Source of the DNA: Thermodesulfobacteriota bacterium
GTDB taxonomy: Bacteria > Desulfobacterota > Binatia > Bin18
NCBI GenBank assembly: GCA_964291405.2
Contig: OZ219926.1
Coordinates: 4,800,001 to 4,864,000, forward strand
Reading direction: 5' to 3'
Length of the DNA stretch: 64,000 nucleotides
The notes under the pieces were generated by a model, which was not told the DNA's origin, searched no databases, and worked only from the letters and a program-made list of their open reading frames with translations. A program made the position numbers and the translations under genes. Of the stretch, positions 46,130 through 56,165 are shown piece by piece (the first letter of the stretch is position 1; the number at the start of each line of letters is the position of its first letter).

Positions 46130-47467
46130 TCAGTACAACCCGAGATAATTCTCCACTTCCCACTGCGAGACGGAATCGTGATAGCTCTTCCACTCGTCGC
46201 GTTTCACCTGGATATAGTACTCGGCATACTCGCGCCCGAGCGCCTCTTTGATGACCTCGTCCTGCTCAAGCTCATCAAGGGCTTCGCTTAGGTTGGTTGG
46301 CAGAAAACCAATTCCCTCGGCTTTCAACTCAGCTTCCGGGACTTCGTACAAATTACGGTCGTTGCGATTCCCGGCTTCCATCTTGTGCTCAATGCCGTCG
46401 AGGCCGGCGGCTAGCATGACGGTCGGCGCCAAATAGGGGTTGGCCGCACCGTCAACGGTTCGGTTTTCCATTCGGCCCGGCCCGGGAATCCGAATCATCT
46501 GGGTCCGATTTGAAGCCCCATAGGTCACATAGACCGGGGCCCAGGTTGCCCCGGAAAGGGGGGCGCCGCGAATCAGACGTTTATAGGAGTTCACGATGGG
46601 GGCCGTTACCGCAGCGATCGCCCGAGCGTGGTGCTTGAGGCCGCCGATGAAATGGTAGGCCAACTCGGACAGGCCGTTTTCATTGGACTCGTCGAGAAAC
46701 AGATTAACCTCACCCTCGGCGTCCCACAGGCTGGTGTGAAAATGGCAGCCGTTGCCGGTCAGGTGGGAAAACGGCTTGGGCATGAAGGTGGCGATGCTAC
46801 CCCGTTCCTCGGCCAGGGTGCGCACCATCCAGCGAAAGAAGGTGTGCCGGTCAGCAGTGGTCAGGCAGTCGGAATAGGTCCAGTTGATCTCGAACTGACA
46901 GTTGGCGTCCTCGTGGTCGTTAGCGTAAGGGTCCCAGCCGAACCCCTGCATATAGCTCAGCAGAGTAGTGGTGAAATCCAGGTTGCGGTTCAGGGCGCGC
47001 AGGTCGTAACAGGGCTTACTCAGCGTATCCAGCGCATCAAACGGCTCAAAGCCGCCCTGCTCGGTCCGCCGGGTCAGAATAAACTCCGGCTCAACCCCGG
47101 TCTTGAAGCTATAGCCCTTGTCGCGGACCGTGGCTAATTGACGCTGTAAAATAGTGCGCGGACAGTAGGGCCACGCCTGGTCGTCGACGGTGATATCGCT
47201 GGCGACCCAGGCCACGTTGTTACGCCAGGGTAAAATGGTGAGGCTATTAAAATCCGGCATGGCCAGCATATCGGTATCGTGCGGGCCCTGGCCCATATTG
47301 CCCGCGGCAAACCCGGCAAAGCCAGCACTGCCCTCGGCCATGTCCTTGAGATGGACGGCTGGCACCACTTTCGCCTTGGGCGCCCCACTCATCTCCACAA
47401 AGGAGCACAGAAAGAACTCGATGCCGTTGTCCTGAACAATTTTTTCCACATCTTGTACTGTTGCCAT
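46130..47467 (-). CDS. gmaS: type III glutamine synthetase-like gamma-glutamylmethylamide synthetase
   Basis: AGFAGFA, DHEDANCQFEIN, FMPKPF, SGATWAP and NRTQMIRIP motifs; last gene of the mgs/mgd operon. Confidence 0.85.
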   Translation of the reverse strand: MATVQDVEKIVQDNGIEFFLCSFVEMSGAPKAKVVPAVHLKDMAEGSAGFAGFAAGNMGQGPHDTDMLAMPDFNSLTILPWRNNVAWVASDITVDDQAWPYCPRTILQRQLATVRDKGYSFKTGVEPEFILTRRTEQGGFEPFDALDTLSKPCYDLRALNRNLDFTTTLLSYMQGFGWDPYANDHEDANCQFEINWTYSDCLTTADRHTFFRWMVRTLAEERGSIATFMPKPFSHLTGNGCHFHTSLWDAEGEVNLFLDESNENGLSELAYHFIGGLKHHARAIAAVTAPIVNSYKRLIRGAPLSGATWAPVYVTYGASNRTQMIRIPGPGRMENRTVDGAANPYLAPTVMLAAGLDGIEHKMEAGNRNDRNLYEVPEAELKAEGIGFLPTNLSEALDELEQDEVIKEALGREYAEYYIQVKRDEWKSYHDSVSQWEVENYLGLY

Positions 47468-47500
47468 GAGTCCCTCCTTTTGGTGTCGATTTTATATTGC

Positions 47501-48712
47501 CTAATGCGACACGGCGGCCGCGGCTTTCTCTCCTACTAAGCGATCTTCGTAAAACCGAGACAGCGCAAATGGCTCGATCAATGTGGGTGTCTTATTGGTC
47601 ACGATCAACTCGGCCACCGTCTTTCCGCCGGCAGGGCCAGCCTTGAAACCATAGGTGCCCCAACCGACATTCAGGATAAACCCTCTGACCTCCGGCACGG
47701 GGCTGATGATGGGGCTGAAGTCGGGTGTCATATCACAGACGCCGCTCCACTGACGCAGGACACGGGCTTCTTCCAATATCGGAAACAGCTCCAGGGCATG
47801 GGCAGCCATCATCTCCAGGGTAGGTAATGTGGAGGCGCTGTTGTACGAGGCGTAGGGGTCAATCTCCGCACCGATGACCACCTCTCCCCGGTCGGTCTGG
47901 TTCACATATACGTGCAGCGTGGCCGACACGATGACCTTGTCCAGAAAGGGTTTTAAGGGCTCGGTGACACAGGCCTGGAGCGGATGGGAGACAATGGGTA
48001 GATCAACGTCCACCATCCGTGCAACGGTTGAACACCAGCCCGAGGTGGCGTTGACGACGGTGTTGGTCGCAATGCGACCGCGACTGGTGTGAACTGCGGT
48101 AACCTGACCGTTGTCGGTATCGATAGCGTGGACTTCCGTATGCGGATGGAGCTCTATGTCCATCCGGTCCGCGCCGCGCGCATAGCCCCAGACCACCGCA
48201 TCATGCCGGATGATACCGCCCGGAGGATGATAGAGTGCCGCCTGGATGGGAGCATGGGCCGCTTTGCTGACATCCATGGCCGGCACCAGGCTTTTGATCT
48301 CCTCGGGAAAAATGAGTCGGCTGTTGACGCCAAGCAGGGCGTTGGCCTCGGCCCGGACGCGCAAGCCATCAACGCCGGTGTCCGTATGCGCCAGCGTCAG
48401 ATGACCAATCTGGGAAAAAAGAACGTTAAAGTCGACTTCCTGAGATAATTCCTGGTACAGCCGCAGGCTCTCATCGTAAAAAGGAATGGCTTCGGCTGTG
48501 CGATAATTCGCGCGCAGAATAGCGGTATTGCGGCCGCTATTACCTCCACCGAGATAGCCACGGTCGAGCACCGCGACGTTTTTTATCCCCTGTTTGCCGA
48601 GATAATAGGCGGTCGCCAGGCCGTGGACGCCGGCTCCGATAATCACCACATCATACTGATCTTTCAGATCATGTCGGCGCCACATCCGTTGGGTGCGAAA
48701 GAGCTGCAACAT
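47501..48712 (-). CDS. mgdA: sarcosine oxidase beta-like / N-methylglutamate dehydrogenase FAD subunit
   Basis: GAGVHGLATAYYL, GGGNSGRNT, RHDAVVWGYA and GWGTYGFK motifs. Confidence 0.82.
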   Translation of the reverse strand: MLQLFRTQRMWRRHDLKDQYDVVIIGAGVHGLATAYYLGKQGIKNVAVLDRGYLGGGNSGRNTAILRANYRTAEAIPFYDESLRLYQELSQEVDFNVLFSQIGHLTLAHTDTGVDGLRVRAEANALLGVNSRLIFPEEIKSLVPAMDVSKAAHAPIQAALYHPPGGIIRHDAVVWGYARGADRMDIELHPHTEVHAIDTDNGQVTAVHTSRGRIATNTVVNATSGWCSTVARMVDVDLPIVSHPLQACVTEPLKPFLDKVIVSATLHVYVNQTDRGEVVIGAEIDPYASYNSASTLPTLEMMAAHALELFPILEEARVLRQWSGVCDMTPDFSPIISPVPEVRGFILNVGWGTYGFKAGPAGGKTVAELIVTNKTPTLIEPFALSRFYEDRLVGEKAAAAVSH

Positions 48713-48715
48713 GAC

Positions 48716-49459
48716 TCATCCTTGCGCGTGCAACTGACGCTGGGCAGCCAGGCCAAACGGGCGCACGCCGAACTCCTCGCCCGCGTCCAGCAGGGCGTCC
48801 CACACATGGGCGCCGAACTCTCGTCCGCAATGGACCTGGTAGGCCAGATGCGCCTGAATATCTGCGCGCAGAACTAAGGCATGTACATGTGCCAGGCTGC
48901 CTTGCGCGCAGGACAAATCCGGGAACTGGGCGGGCCTGAGGTCCAGGGCCGTGAGTTTCCGCAACAGATCCCGACTGTGCGGGCCGACGAGCTGCATGGC
49001 GGTAAAATTTGATGTGACATCCGTCAGGTGGATACAGGCGGAATCGGCTGTCTGTTGTATGACCGATTCAACACGAGCGTGGACTGCGCCGGCTGTTCCG
49101 GGTGGCGAAATGAGCCGCGCGTGGTTCCCGGCCAGGGAATACAGCAGTCCGCCCGCCTGGGCGCCGAGCTGAAGAGCTTGGGGAGGGACGCGCACGACCC
49201 GTCCGACCGGGACAGTCTCAAGCGAAATCCCTAGCGAGAGCTTCTGTCCGAGCGAGGCGAATACGTCGTTGCCTTGAATATCGAGCTTGGCCAGCGGGCT
49301 GATATCGCTCAGCCCTACCTGTTCCCGGATCGCCTGTACTTCGACCTCAACCGAGCCGTAGGAGTCGGCACACTGCCAGCCGTGGTCTTCGATCATACTG
49401 GCCTCGGCCAGATGAAAGGCATGGAGCGCCGAGCGTCGGATGAGGGGTATCGCGGCCAT
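48716..49459 (-). CDS. mgdD: sarcosine oxidase gamma-like / GcvT-fold subunit
   Basis: DISPLAKLDIQG, GPHSRDLLRKL...DL and VWDALLDAGEEFG motifs. Confidence 0.7.
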   Translation of the reverse strand: MAAIPLIRRSALHAFHLAEASMIEDHGWQCADSYGSVEVEVQAIREQVGLSDISPLAKLDIQGNDVFASLGQKLSLGISLETVPVGRVVRVPPQALQLGAQAGGLLYSLAGNHARLISPPGTAGAVHARVESVIQQTADSACIHLTDVTSNFTAMQLVGPHSRDLLRKLTALDLRPAQFPDLSCAQGSLAHVHALVLRADIQAHLAYQVHCGREFGAHVWDALLDAGEEFGVRPFGLAAQRQLHAQG

Positions 49460-49462
49460 ATC

Positions 49463-52390
49463 CTAGCTCCTGAGGCGCTCTCCTTGAGGGTCGTAGAAGG
49501 CATCGTCAATGACATCGGCCTGAGCATCCGTTCCGTTGATGCGAATCTGAAACGGACTGGTGCCACTCGCCACCTCAACCGGCACCCAGGCCAGGCCAAC
49601 ACACTTTCCGGCAGTCGGGCTAAAGGCCGCACTGGCGACCCGGCCGGCCGGTTGCCCGTTTACCACAACTGCTTGACCACCTTCCGCCATACCCGAGTCG
49701 CGGAGGGCAAAGCCAACCAGTTTGTGACGCGGGCCACGTTCCTGTATGGCCTGGAGGCCGCGTTTGCCAATAAAGTCATCCTTATTGAATTTGACCACCC
49801 ATTCCATGTCGGCTTCCAAGGGGTTGGACAGCGCGTCCGTATCCTGGCCGACAATGACATGCTTTTTCTCCAAACGTAAAATGCGCTGCGCCCCAACGCC
49901 AAACGGGATAATCTGAACCCCTGACCCAGCCGCCATAATGGCGTCCCAGACCTGCTCTCCGCATTCGGCCGGAACATGAATTTCCCAGCCGGTCTCTCCG
50001 ACAAAGCCGATGCGCAGCAGCAGCGCCGGAACCCCGGCCACTGTGGCGTGCCGGCAGGCCATATAGGGAAAAGCTTCCGAAGACAGATCAATGTCCGTGA
50101 GCTGGCTGAAGACCTGTCTGGCCTGCGGCCCGGCGATATTCATGGCCGCCAGCCCACCGGTCATATTGGTCACATGCGCACACAGGTCTGTACCGGCCGT
50201 CCACCATTTGAGCCATTGCTCGACGAATTCGACATTGCCGGTTGTGGTCGTCAAAAAGAAATGGTCGTCGGCCAGACGTGAAACCGTACCATCATCAATA
50301 ATGATCCCACTGTCGTCGCACATCACCCCATACCGGATACGTCCGACCCGGAGTGTCGAAAAGGTATGCGTGTAGACCTTATCCAGCAAACGCGCAGCGT
50401 CCTTGCCATTGACCTCCAGTTTTCCCAGGGTGCTGACGTCGATGAGGCCGACCCGTTCGCGAACCGCCTGATGTTCTTCGCTCGGTGTGGTATACGCATA
50501 CGGTCGCTTCCAACTGCCGAGCAGCATCATATCCGCTCCAAGCGCGATGTGGCGATGGTGCAGGGGCGTATGTTTTTCCGGCTGATGCTTGCGTCCGGCC
50601 AGCACGCCGAGGGGAACCGGCGTCACGGGCGGACGGGCCGTGGTCGTTCGCGTTGCCAGCTCGGAGCCAGCGTATCGGGCACAGATTCGTGCCGACGAAG
50701 TCGCGCACATGCGACCCTGACATGGCCCCATTGAAAACGTGCTGTAGCGTTTGAGGGTTTCGACCTCGTCAAAGCCCTCGGCGACCCCCTGAGCCAAGTC
50801 CTTATGGGTAATATCTTCGCAGACACACACAAACTGCTTTTTGTTGGCCCAGACGTCGCTGAGCTGAGGGTAGGGCTCATAGTGTCGCCGATACTCCCGC
50901 TCCAGGGTCTCGCACTCGTATTGTAAGGTCTGGATATGGGACGAAGCAGACGTTTCTGAAGCGCGCAGACTGCGGACGGCCCGGAGCCCGGCCAGGCGTC
51001 CTTGGACAAGGGTCGCCGGCAAATGATGAATGCCGGTCACGTCTCCCGCACAGAACACCTGGGGAGGGAGTTGCTGAGGAACCGTCTGCCCCAGCGTTTC
51101 ATCGTAGCCGAGTTCGCCCCCGCTCTGCGCCACCAGAGCGGCCGTTGGAGTCTGGTCGGTCGAAAGACAAATCAAGTCGCATGGAATAAAGCGGCTGGCG
51201 TGCGGAAAAGGACGGTGCCGGGCATCGAGAGGAACAACATGAGCTCCCTCAACACGATTTGTCCCGCGGGCTGCCTGGATAGCGTAGGAGGTGAGCACCT
51301 CGACGCCGCTGCGCTGGAGCTGTTCTCTGGAATCTAGAGCGTCCGGCAGCCTATAGCGAGAGTCTACAACCGCCGCGACCCGGATGCCGGCACTAAGCAA
51401 CTCACCGGCAAGAGTCCAGCCCGTGTCATCATGACAGACTACCACCGCTCGTGTGCCGGGCTGCACGCCGTACAGGTGCAGCAGTCGCCGGACACCGCTG
51501 CCGAGCATAACGCCAGGTACATCATTATTTGCAAAAATGGCTGGATATTCGTGGCTCCCGGTTGCAATAATCACGCGTTGGGTGCGCAGATGAATCAGCC
51601 GCTTGGCCTGCATTACACCCAGCAGCCCGCCTTCATAGCCGCCAAAAACGGTCGCGGACGACAGAACGTCAACGTTCGGCTGTGCAGTGACTTGCTCCCT
51701 TAATGTCCGGGCAAGGGCGAAGCCAGTCGCACCGCTCTGCTCGCCGATATTATCGTAGGTCCCGGTCTGAAACCGCAGGTGGCCCCCGAGTTCCGGCTGA
51801 TCGTCAATCAGCGTCACCTGACAGCCGAGGTTGGCCGCCTCATACGCCGCGGTCAGACCGGCCGGTCCACCGCCAATAACCGTAATATCGGTGTGGCGGT
51901 ACTCGTGGTCATAGCCGCCTTTTGGCTTTGCCTGGGTATTGATTTCTCCTAAGCCGGCAGCGCGGCGAAGAAATTTTTCTGCCAAGGGCCAGAAAAAACG
52001 CGGACGGATAAAAGTCTTATAATAAAAGCCAATCGGCAGCAGCCAGTCGAAGCGGTCAATAATGGACAGCAGGTCGTGCTTGAGCGAGGGCCACGCATTC
52101 TGTGGCTGGACGCGCATACCCTGCTGGACGGGCTCGGTACAGGCGCGGACACTAGGGGTGCCATCCACGTTCATGAGACAGTTCGGACACTGCCCCGCGC
52201 CGCATAACAGTCCGCGTGGGCGATGGTATTTGAAACTCCGACTGAAAGTCCGCTGGCCTGCGGCGTAGAGCGCCGAGGCGATGGTATCGCCCGCCCGTGC
52301 CTGTATGCGTTCCCCGGCAAAAGAGAAGGTCAGGGTTTGTTCGTGGTCGATGACGTGGGCCGGGTGGGGCGGGAGTCTAGTCGTGCTCAT
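49463..52390 (-). CDS. mgdC: sarcosine oxidase alpha-like / N-methylglutamate dehydrogenase large subunit
   Basis: GDTIASAL, RSFKYHRPRG, GGGPAG and KRYST..MGPCQG motifs plus a C-terminal GcvT domain; start moved to 52390. Confidence 0.85.
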   Translation of the reverse strand: MSTTRLPPHPAHVIDHEQTLTFSFAGERIQARAGDTIASALYAAGQRTFSRSFKYHRPRGLLCGAGQCPNCLMNVDGTPSVRACTEPVQQGMRVQPQNAWPSLKHDLLSIIDRFDWLLPIGFYYKTFIRPRFFWPLAEKFLRRAAGLGEINTQAKPKGGYDHEYRHTDITVIGGGPAGLTAAYEAANLGCQVTLIDDQPELGGHLRFQTGTYDNIGEQSGATGFALARTLREQVTAQPNVDVLSSATVFGGYEGGLLGVMQAKRLIHLRTQRVIIATGSHEYPAIFANNDVPGVMLGSGVRRLLHLYGVQPGTRAVVVCHDDTGWTLAGELLSAGIRVAAVVDSRYRLPDALDSREQLQRSGVEVLTSYAIQAARGTNRVEGAHVVPLDARHRPFPHASRFIPCDLICLSTDQTPTAALVAQSGGELGYDETLGQTVPQQLPPQVFCAGDVTGIHHLPATLVQGRLAGLRAVRSLRASETSASSHIQTLQYECETLEREYRRHYEPYPQLSDVWANKKQFVCVCEDITHKDLAQGVAEGFDEVETLKRYSTFSMGPCQGRMCATSSARICARYAGSELATRTTTARPPVTPVPLGVLAGRKHQPEKHTPLHHRHIALGADMMLLGSWKRPYAYTTPSEEHQAVRERVGLIDVSTLGKLEVNGKDAARLLDKVYTHTFSTLRVGRIRYGVMCDDSGIIIDDGTVSRLADDHFFLTTTTGNVEFVEQWLKWWTAGTDLCAHVTNMTGGLAAMNIAGPQARQVFSQLTDIDLSSEAFPYMACRHATVAGVPALLLRIGFVGETGWEIHVPAECGEQVWDAIMAAGSGVQIIPFGVGAQRILRLEKKHVIVGQDTDALSNPLEADMEWVVKFNKDDFIGKRGLQAIQERGPRHKLVGFALRDSGMAEGGQAVVVNGQPAGRVASAAFSPTAGKCVGLAWVPVEVASGTSPFQIRINGTDAQADVIDDAFYDPQGERLRS

Positions 52391-52628
52391 AGGTTTCTTT
52401 GACAAGGTTTGTGCGCGTGTCACGAACGGCTAAAAACCAGCGCCGACAGCCCAACTGATGATACCACCACTCGGTCGTCTCTCCGGCCTCGTTTTTTCGG
52501 AGATATAGGTAACGCGCCCACTCGTGTGACGAAACTGACGCGGATGGGCGTTGCCGGAACTCCCCGCCCGAGCGAAACTCGTACACGCTCCGCTCGCCAC
52601 AGTTGGGACAGGCCAGAAGAAACGACAT
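52377..52628 (-). CDS. mgdB: sarcosine oxidase delta-like Zn subunit
   Basis: CPNCGER...EF, EWWYH..GCRRWF and RDT motifs. Confidence 0.85.
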   Translation of the reverse strand: MSFLLACPNCGERSVYEFRSGGEFRQRPSASVSSHEWARYLYLRKNEAGETTEWWYHQLGCRRWFLAVRDTRTNLVKETYEHD

Positions 52629-52633
52629 GGAGA

Positions 52634-53980
52634 CTACCGTTCGGACGACGGTTTCCAGCCCGGTCCTCCGGCAAAGACCACGTTGGTTCCAACCAGGGGA
52701 ATCCCGGTGATCATGGAGGACTCCAGCGTTAAGGCACGCAGGTCCTCAGGCTCTAAGGCATGGACATCCGACTTCCCGCAAGAGCGGGCTAACATTTGGA
52801 TTTCCAGGGTCATGGCGTTAAAGAAGTTGCCAACCCGCTCCGCACCCGCGTCAATATCCAGCCGTTTCATCAGCTCCGGGTCCTGCGTCGTAATGCCGAC
52901 CGGGCAGCGGCCGGTATGGCAGTGATGGCAGGCGTAGGGCTCGGCACCGATGGCATGATAATCGTCCACGTACAGCGGCTTGTTACAGTTCAGCGCGATT
53001 AGAGCCGCCGTGCCGATATAAACGGCATCCGCGCCGAGTGCCAGCGCCTTCGCCGCGGCAGTGCCGCTGTGTATGCCGCCGGCAATAATGAGCTGGACCG
53101 TGCCGTACAGCCCGCACTCCTCCAGGGCAACGCGCGCTTCGCTCACCGCGGCCAGGGTCGGAATCCCGGTATGGTCAAGCAGAATGTCCGGCGAGGCGCC
53201 CGTGCCGCCCTCCATTCCATCGACCACAACCACGTCGGCTCCCGCCTTGGCCGCCAACTTCACATCGTCATACACGCGGGCCGCGCCCATTTTGACAAAA
53301 ATCGGAACCTGCCAGTCGGTTGCCTCGCGCAGCTCCTCGATCTTTGTCAGCATATCGTCCGGACCGAGCCAGTCCGGATGACGGCACGGACTGCGCTGGT
53401 CAACACCTGGAGGCAGGTCGCGCAGCTCGGCGATTTCGTCCGAGACCTTGGACTCAAGCAGCAGCCCGCCCGTGCCGGGCTTGGCCCCCTGTCCCACCGT
53501 CAGCTCAATCGCGTCGGCCTGCCGAAGATGGTGCACGTCGATGCCGTAGCGGCTGGGTAAGACCTCGTAGATCAGAATATCCGAATGCTCGCGCTCGGCA
53601 GCCAACATCCCTCCATCGCCGGTTGTCGTGGACGTCCCGGCGCGCGCCGCAGCCTTGGCCAAGGCCACTTTGGCGTTGTAGGACAGCGCGCCATAGCTCA
53701 TCCCGGTCACCATAATGGGAATGTCGATCTCAATCGGCTTTTGGGCAAAACGGGTGCCGAGTACGGTCTTGGTCGAACACTTTTCACGGTAGCCCTCAAG
53801 GGGCACCCGGGTGAGAGTACAGGGCACAAACGTCAGGTCGTCAAAAGAGGGCAGGGGGCGGTCGCGTAAGGCGCTAAAGCCCCGAATACGATAGCGGCCC
53901 AGGTCGGCCTTGGCCTGGATGTCTTCTATGTTCTCGGGTTTCCAGATGGTGCTGTGTCGGACAACAGGGCGCTCGCTCAC
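52634..53980 (-). CDS. mgsC: FMN-binding glutamate synthase-like subunit (N-methylglutamate synthase C)
   Basis: GMSYGALS, TTGDGGM, GQGAKPGTGG, SPCRHPDW and CHHCHTGRCPVG motifs. Confidence 0.87.
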   Translation of the reverse strand: MSERPVVRHSTIWKPENIEDIQAKADLGRYRIRGFSALRDRPLPSFDDLTFVPCTLTRVPLEGYREKCSTKTVLGTRFAQKPIEIDIPIMVTGMSYGALSYNAKVALAKAAARAGTSTTTGDGGMLAAEREHSDILIYEVLPSRYGIDVHHLRQADAIELTVGQGAKPGTGGLLLESKVSDEIAELRDLPPGVDQRSPCRHPDWLGPDDMLTKIEELREATDWQVPIFVKMGAARVYDDVKLAAKAGADVVVVDGMEGGTGASPDILLDHTGIPTLAAVSEARVALEECGLYGTVQLIIAGGIHSGTAAAKALALGADAVYIGTAALIALNCNKPLYVDDYHAIGAEPYACHHCHTGRCPVGITTQDPELMKRLDIDAGAERVGNFFNAMTLEIQMLARSCGKSDVHALEPEDLRALTLESSMITGIPLVGTNVVFAGGPGWKPSSER

Positions 53981-54666
53981 AGGGCCTCCCGCCAGGTATC
54001 AAAGTCTTTTTTGTCAAACTGCCATAAGCGTCTGCCGGAGACGATCTTTTGAAAGGAAGCCGGCGCTTCAATATCGTACTCGGCCAAGGTGGTTGTCAGA
54101 AAGGCCTGGTCCTGGTCCGTAACCTCCGCAATGACCGCATCATTGCCCAGGTCCGAGATACGACCACCCACGAAGATACGTCCCTCATACATGGAGTCAC
54201 CCAGCGCTTCGGCCGTATCGCCGCAGACAATGATCGTGCCTTTCTGCATCATGAAACCGGTCATATAGCCACTATTGCCCTGAACAATGAGCGTCCCGCC
54301 CTTCATGGCAATACCGGCGCGTGAACTCGCACTCCCCCGGACCACGATCGTTCCACCTCGAATGGATGCCGCAGCGCTATTGCCCGCGTTCTGGTTCACG
54401 ATGACCGTGCCGCTCAGCATGCTTTCCGCTAAGCCCCAGCCGCAACTTCCATGCACTTCAATCCGCGGCCCGTCAACAAGTCCGCCACAGTAATAGCCGA
54501 CGCTCCCGGTAATGGTCAGGGTGACCGGCTGGAGGACCGCAACGCCGAGATTATGACGTGCCTGGGGGTGATGGACGCATATCTCGGTTTCGCCAGCCTG
54601 GATGTGGTGGCGGATTTCCTGATTGATGACTCGGGAGGTTTTGTCCGTGCAGTCGATGTCTTTCAC
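53977..54666 (-). CDS. mgsB: GXGXG-domain subunit (N-methylglutamate synthase B)
   Basis: GSVGYYCGG, AGIAMKGG and ALGDSMYEG motifs. Confidence 0.87.
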   Translation of the reverse strand: MKDIDCTDKTSRVINQEIRHHIQAGETEICVHHPQARHNLGVAVLQPVTLTITGSVGYYCGGLVDGPRIEVHGSCGWGLAESMLSGTVIVNQNAGNSAAASIRGGTIVVRGSASSRAGIAMKGGTLIVQGNSGYMTGFMMQKGTIIVCGDTAEALGDSMYEGRIFVGGRISDLGNDAVIAEVTDQDQAFLTTTLAEYDIEAPASFQKIVSGRRLWQFDKKDFDTWREAL

Positions 54667-54675
54667 GCTACATCC

Positions 54676-55602
54676 TTACGAACCGACTCCATTCTCTACC
54701 GTCCAGGTCATGACGGTATTCACCCCCGGCTCCCACACCGGAAAGTCATCGCCCAGGGCGGAGCGCAGGGCCTGTTCTTCGGTGGCAATGGCGACATAGG
54801 CCGGTGTGTCAGTCACCACCAGGGGTTTGAAGGCAAACGGGTCTTTGACATAGCCCAGACTGTCCGCACTTGCGGCCAGATAGCTGAACGCTCCGTCAAA
54901 ATCGGTCAGTGAGGTCTGGAGCGCATCCGCAAAGCTGGCGCCCTGCGCCATACGGTCGGCGAGATACAGGCCGATAATTTCCGAGTCATTCCCGGTGTAA
55001 AAACGATGTCCCTGTTGCTCATAAATGCGCCGCATCTTGTGATAATTGGTGATATGCCCGTTATGGACGACGGCAACGTCGGCGCGGCCATGCGCCCAAA
55101 AGGGCTGAGAATGGCTGAGGTCAACGCGACTCTCCGTAGACATGCGGGTGTGGCCAATACCATGCGTGCCGATATACGACGAGACCGCGTAGGTAGCTTC
55201 AAGATTTGCCGGAGAACCAACCTGTTTGACCAACTCAAGGCGGTTGCCCAGGCTGACGACTTCGATGCTGCTATCTACCGCTTCAATGGTCCGTTCCAGA
55301 GATTCCGGGCTCTCCGGAGGCGTGACGATCAAACGCAGAGACGGACCCTGGAGGTCCACCGTAGACACCGAAACGAGGCTTTTGACCTGCTCGACAACCA
55401 GGTCGGCGAGGGTCTCGAACGGCCCGTGCTCGCCCAGCTTGATCCGTAAGACACAGGCGTCCGCGCCACGGTCGGCATAAACGGCAACTCCACTCGAATC
55501 CGGGCCACGGCGGTCAAGAGCCGACAACATGTCGAGCAGGGTTTGCCCGACTGCGGCCTGGCGGTTGCCGCTTTTGTCTAAAAATCCGACGATGCCACAC
55601 AT
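54676..55602 (-). CDS. mgsA: class II glutamine amidotransferase (N-methylglutamate synthase A)
   Basis: N-terminal MCGIVG, RGPDSSG, GHTRMSTES and HNGHITN motifs. Confidence 0.87.
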   Translation of the reverse strand: MCGIVGFLDKSGNRQAAVGQTLLDMLSALDRRGPDSSGVAVYADRGADACVLRIKLGEHGPFETLADLVVEQVKSLVSVSTVDLQGPSLRLIVTPPESPESLERTIEAVDSSIEVVSLGNRLELVKQVGSPANLEATYAVSSYIGTHGIGHTRMSTESRVDLSHSQPFWAHGRADVAVVHNGHITNYHKMRRIYEQQGHRFYTGNDSEIIGLYLADRMAQGASFADALQTSLTDFDGAFSYLAASADSLGYVKDPFAFKPLVVTDTPAYVAIATEEQALRSALGDDFPVWEPGVNTVMTWTVENGVGS

Positions 55603-55773
55603 AATTGCCTACCCGTTCGGTTTGGCCTTCGGTGTTCAGGACAACGAGGCTTTCGATGTGTATACGGCTTACCGGCGCAGGGTGTCAAGTTTGAAAACCG
55701 CCGTAACGCTGTACGCGCATGGACGGCTCGGCCTGATAAGGGAGCTGGACGCTGAATGAATGGCAAACGGAGG

Positions 55774-55822
55774 CTTGAAGTGACGTACTTGAAGTGACGT
55801 ATATGTCAGAATATGTGTACGT
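55774..55822 (+). promoter_or_regulatory. tandem 14-nt repeat and palindromes upstream of the antitoxin (candidate operator)
   Basis: CTTGAAGTGACGTA occurs twice (55774..55801), overlapping the imperfect palindrome TGACGTATATGTCA. Confidence 0.45.
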
Positions 55823-55823
55823 T

Positions 55824-56066
55824 ATGAACACAAAGCTCACCTTACGCATGGATGAAAGCCTCGTCGAAAAAGGAAAAATTGAGGCAGATCGCCGGGGCAA
55901 ATCGGTCTCTCAAATGGTTGGCGATTTCTTTGACTCGCTCGGCACGCCCGACCAGCACGCCGCAAAGAAACTCCCTCCCCTTACGGCTTCGCTTGTCGGC
56001 GTACTGAAAGGACACCGGATGAATACCGACTCATACAAGGAGCATATCTGGGAGCAATATCTATGA
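55824..56066 (+). CDS. DUF6364-like ribbon-helix-helix antitoxin
   Basis: MNTKLTLRMDESLVEKGK..A...GKSVSQMV..FF and LPPLTASLVGVL motifs. Confidence 0.82.
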   Translation: MNTKLTLRMDESLVEKGKIEADRRGKSVSQMVGDFFDSLGTPDQHAAKKLPPLTASLVGVLKGHRMNTDSYKEHIWEQYL

Positions 56067-56145
56067 AAATGCTGATGACACAAATGTCGTGCTTGACGCT
56101 CTATTGGACCGAGAGTCGTTCGTTCAGAGGCCAGCGGGCGTCTGA
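56063..56145 (+). pseudogene. truncated, frameshifted PIN-domain toxin remnant
   Basis: ATGA overlap with the antitoxin; reads MKML, then after a frameshift DTNVVLDALLDRESF, then a stop. Confidence 0.75.
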
Positions 56146-56165
56146 ACGAATTGTTTGAGCCCTCC

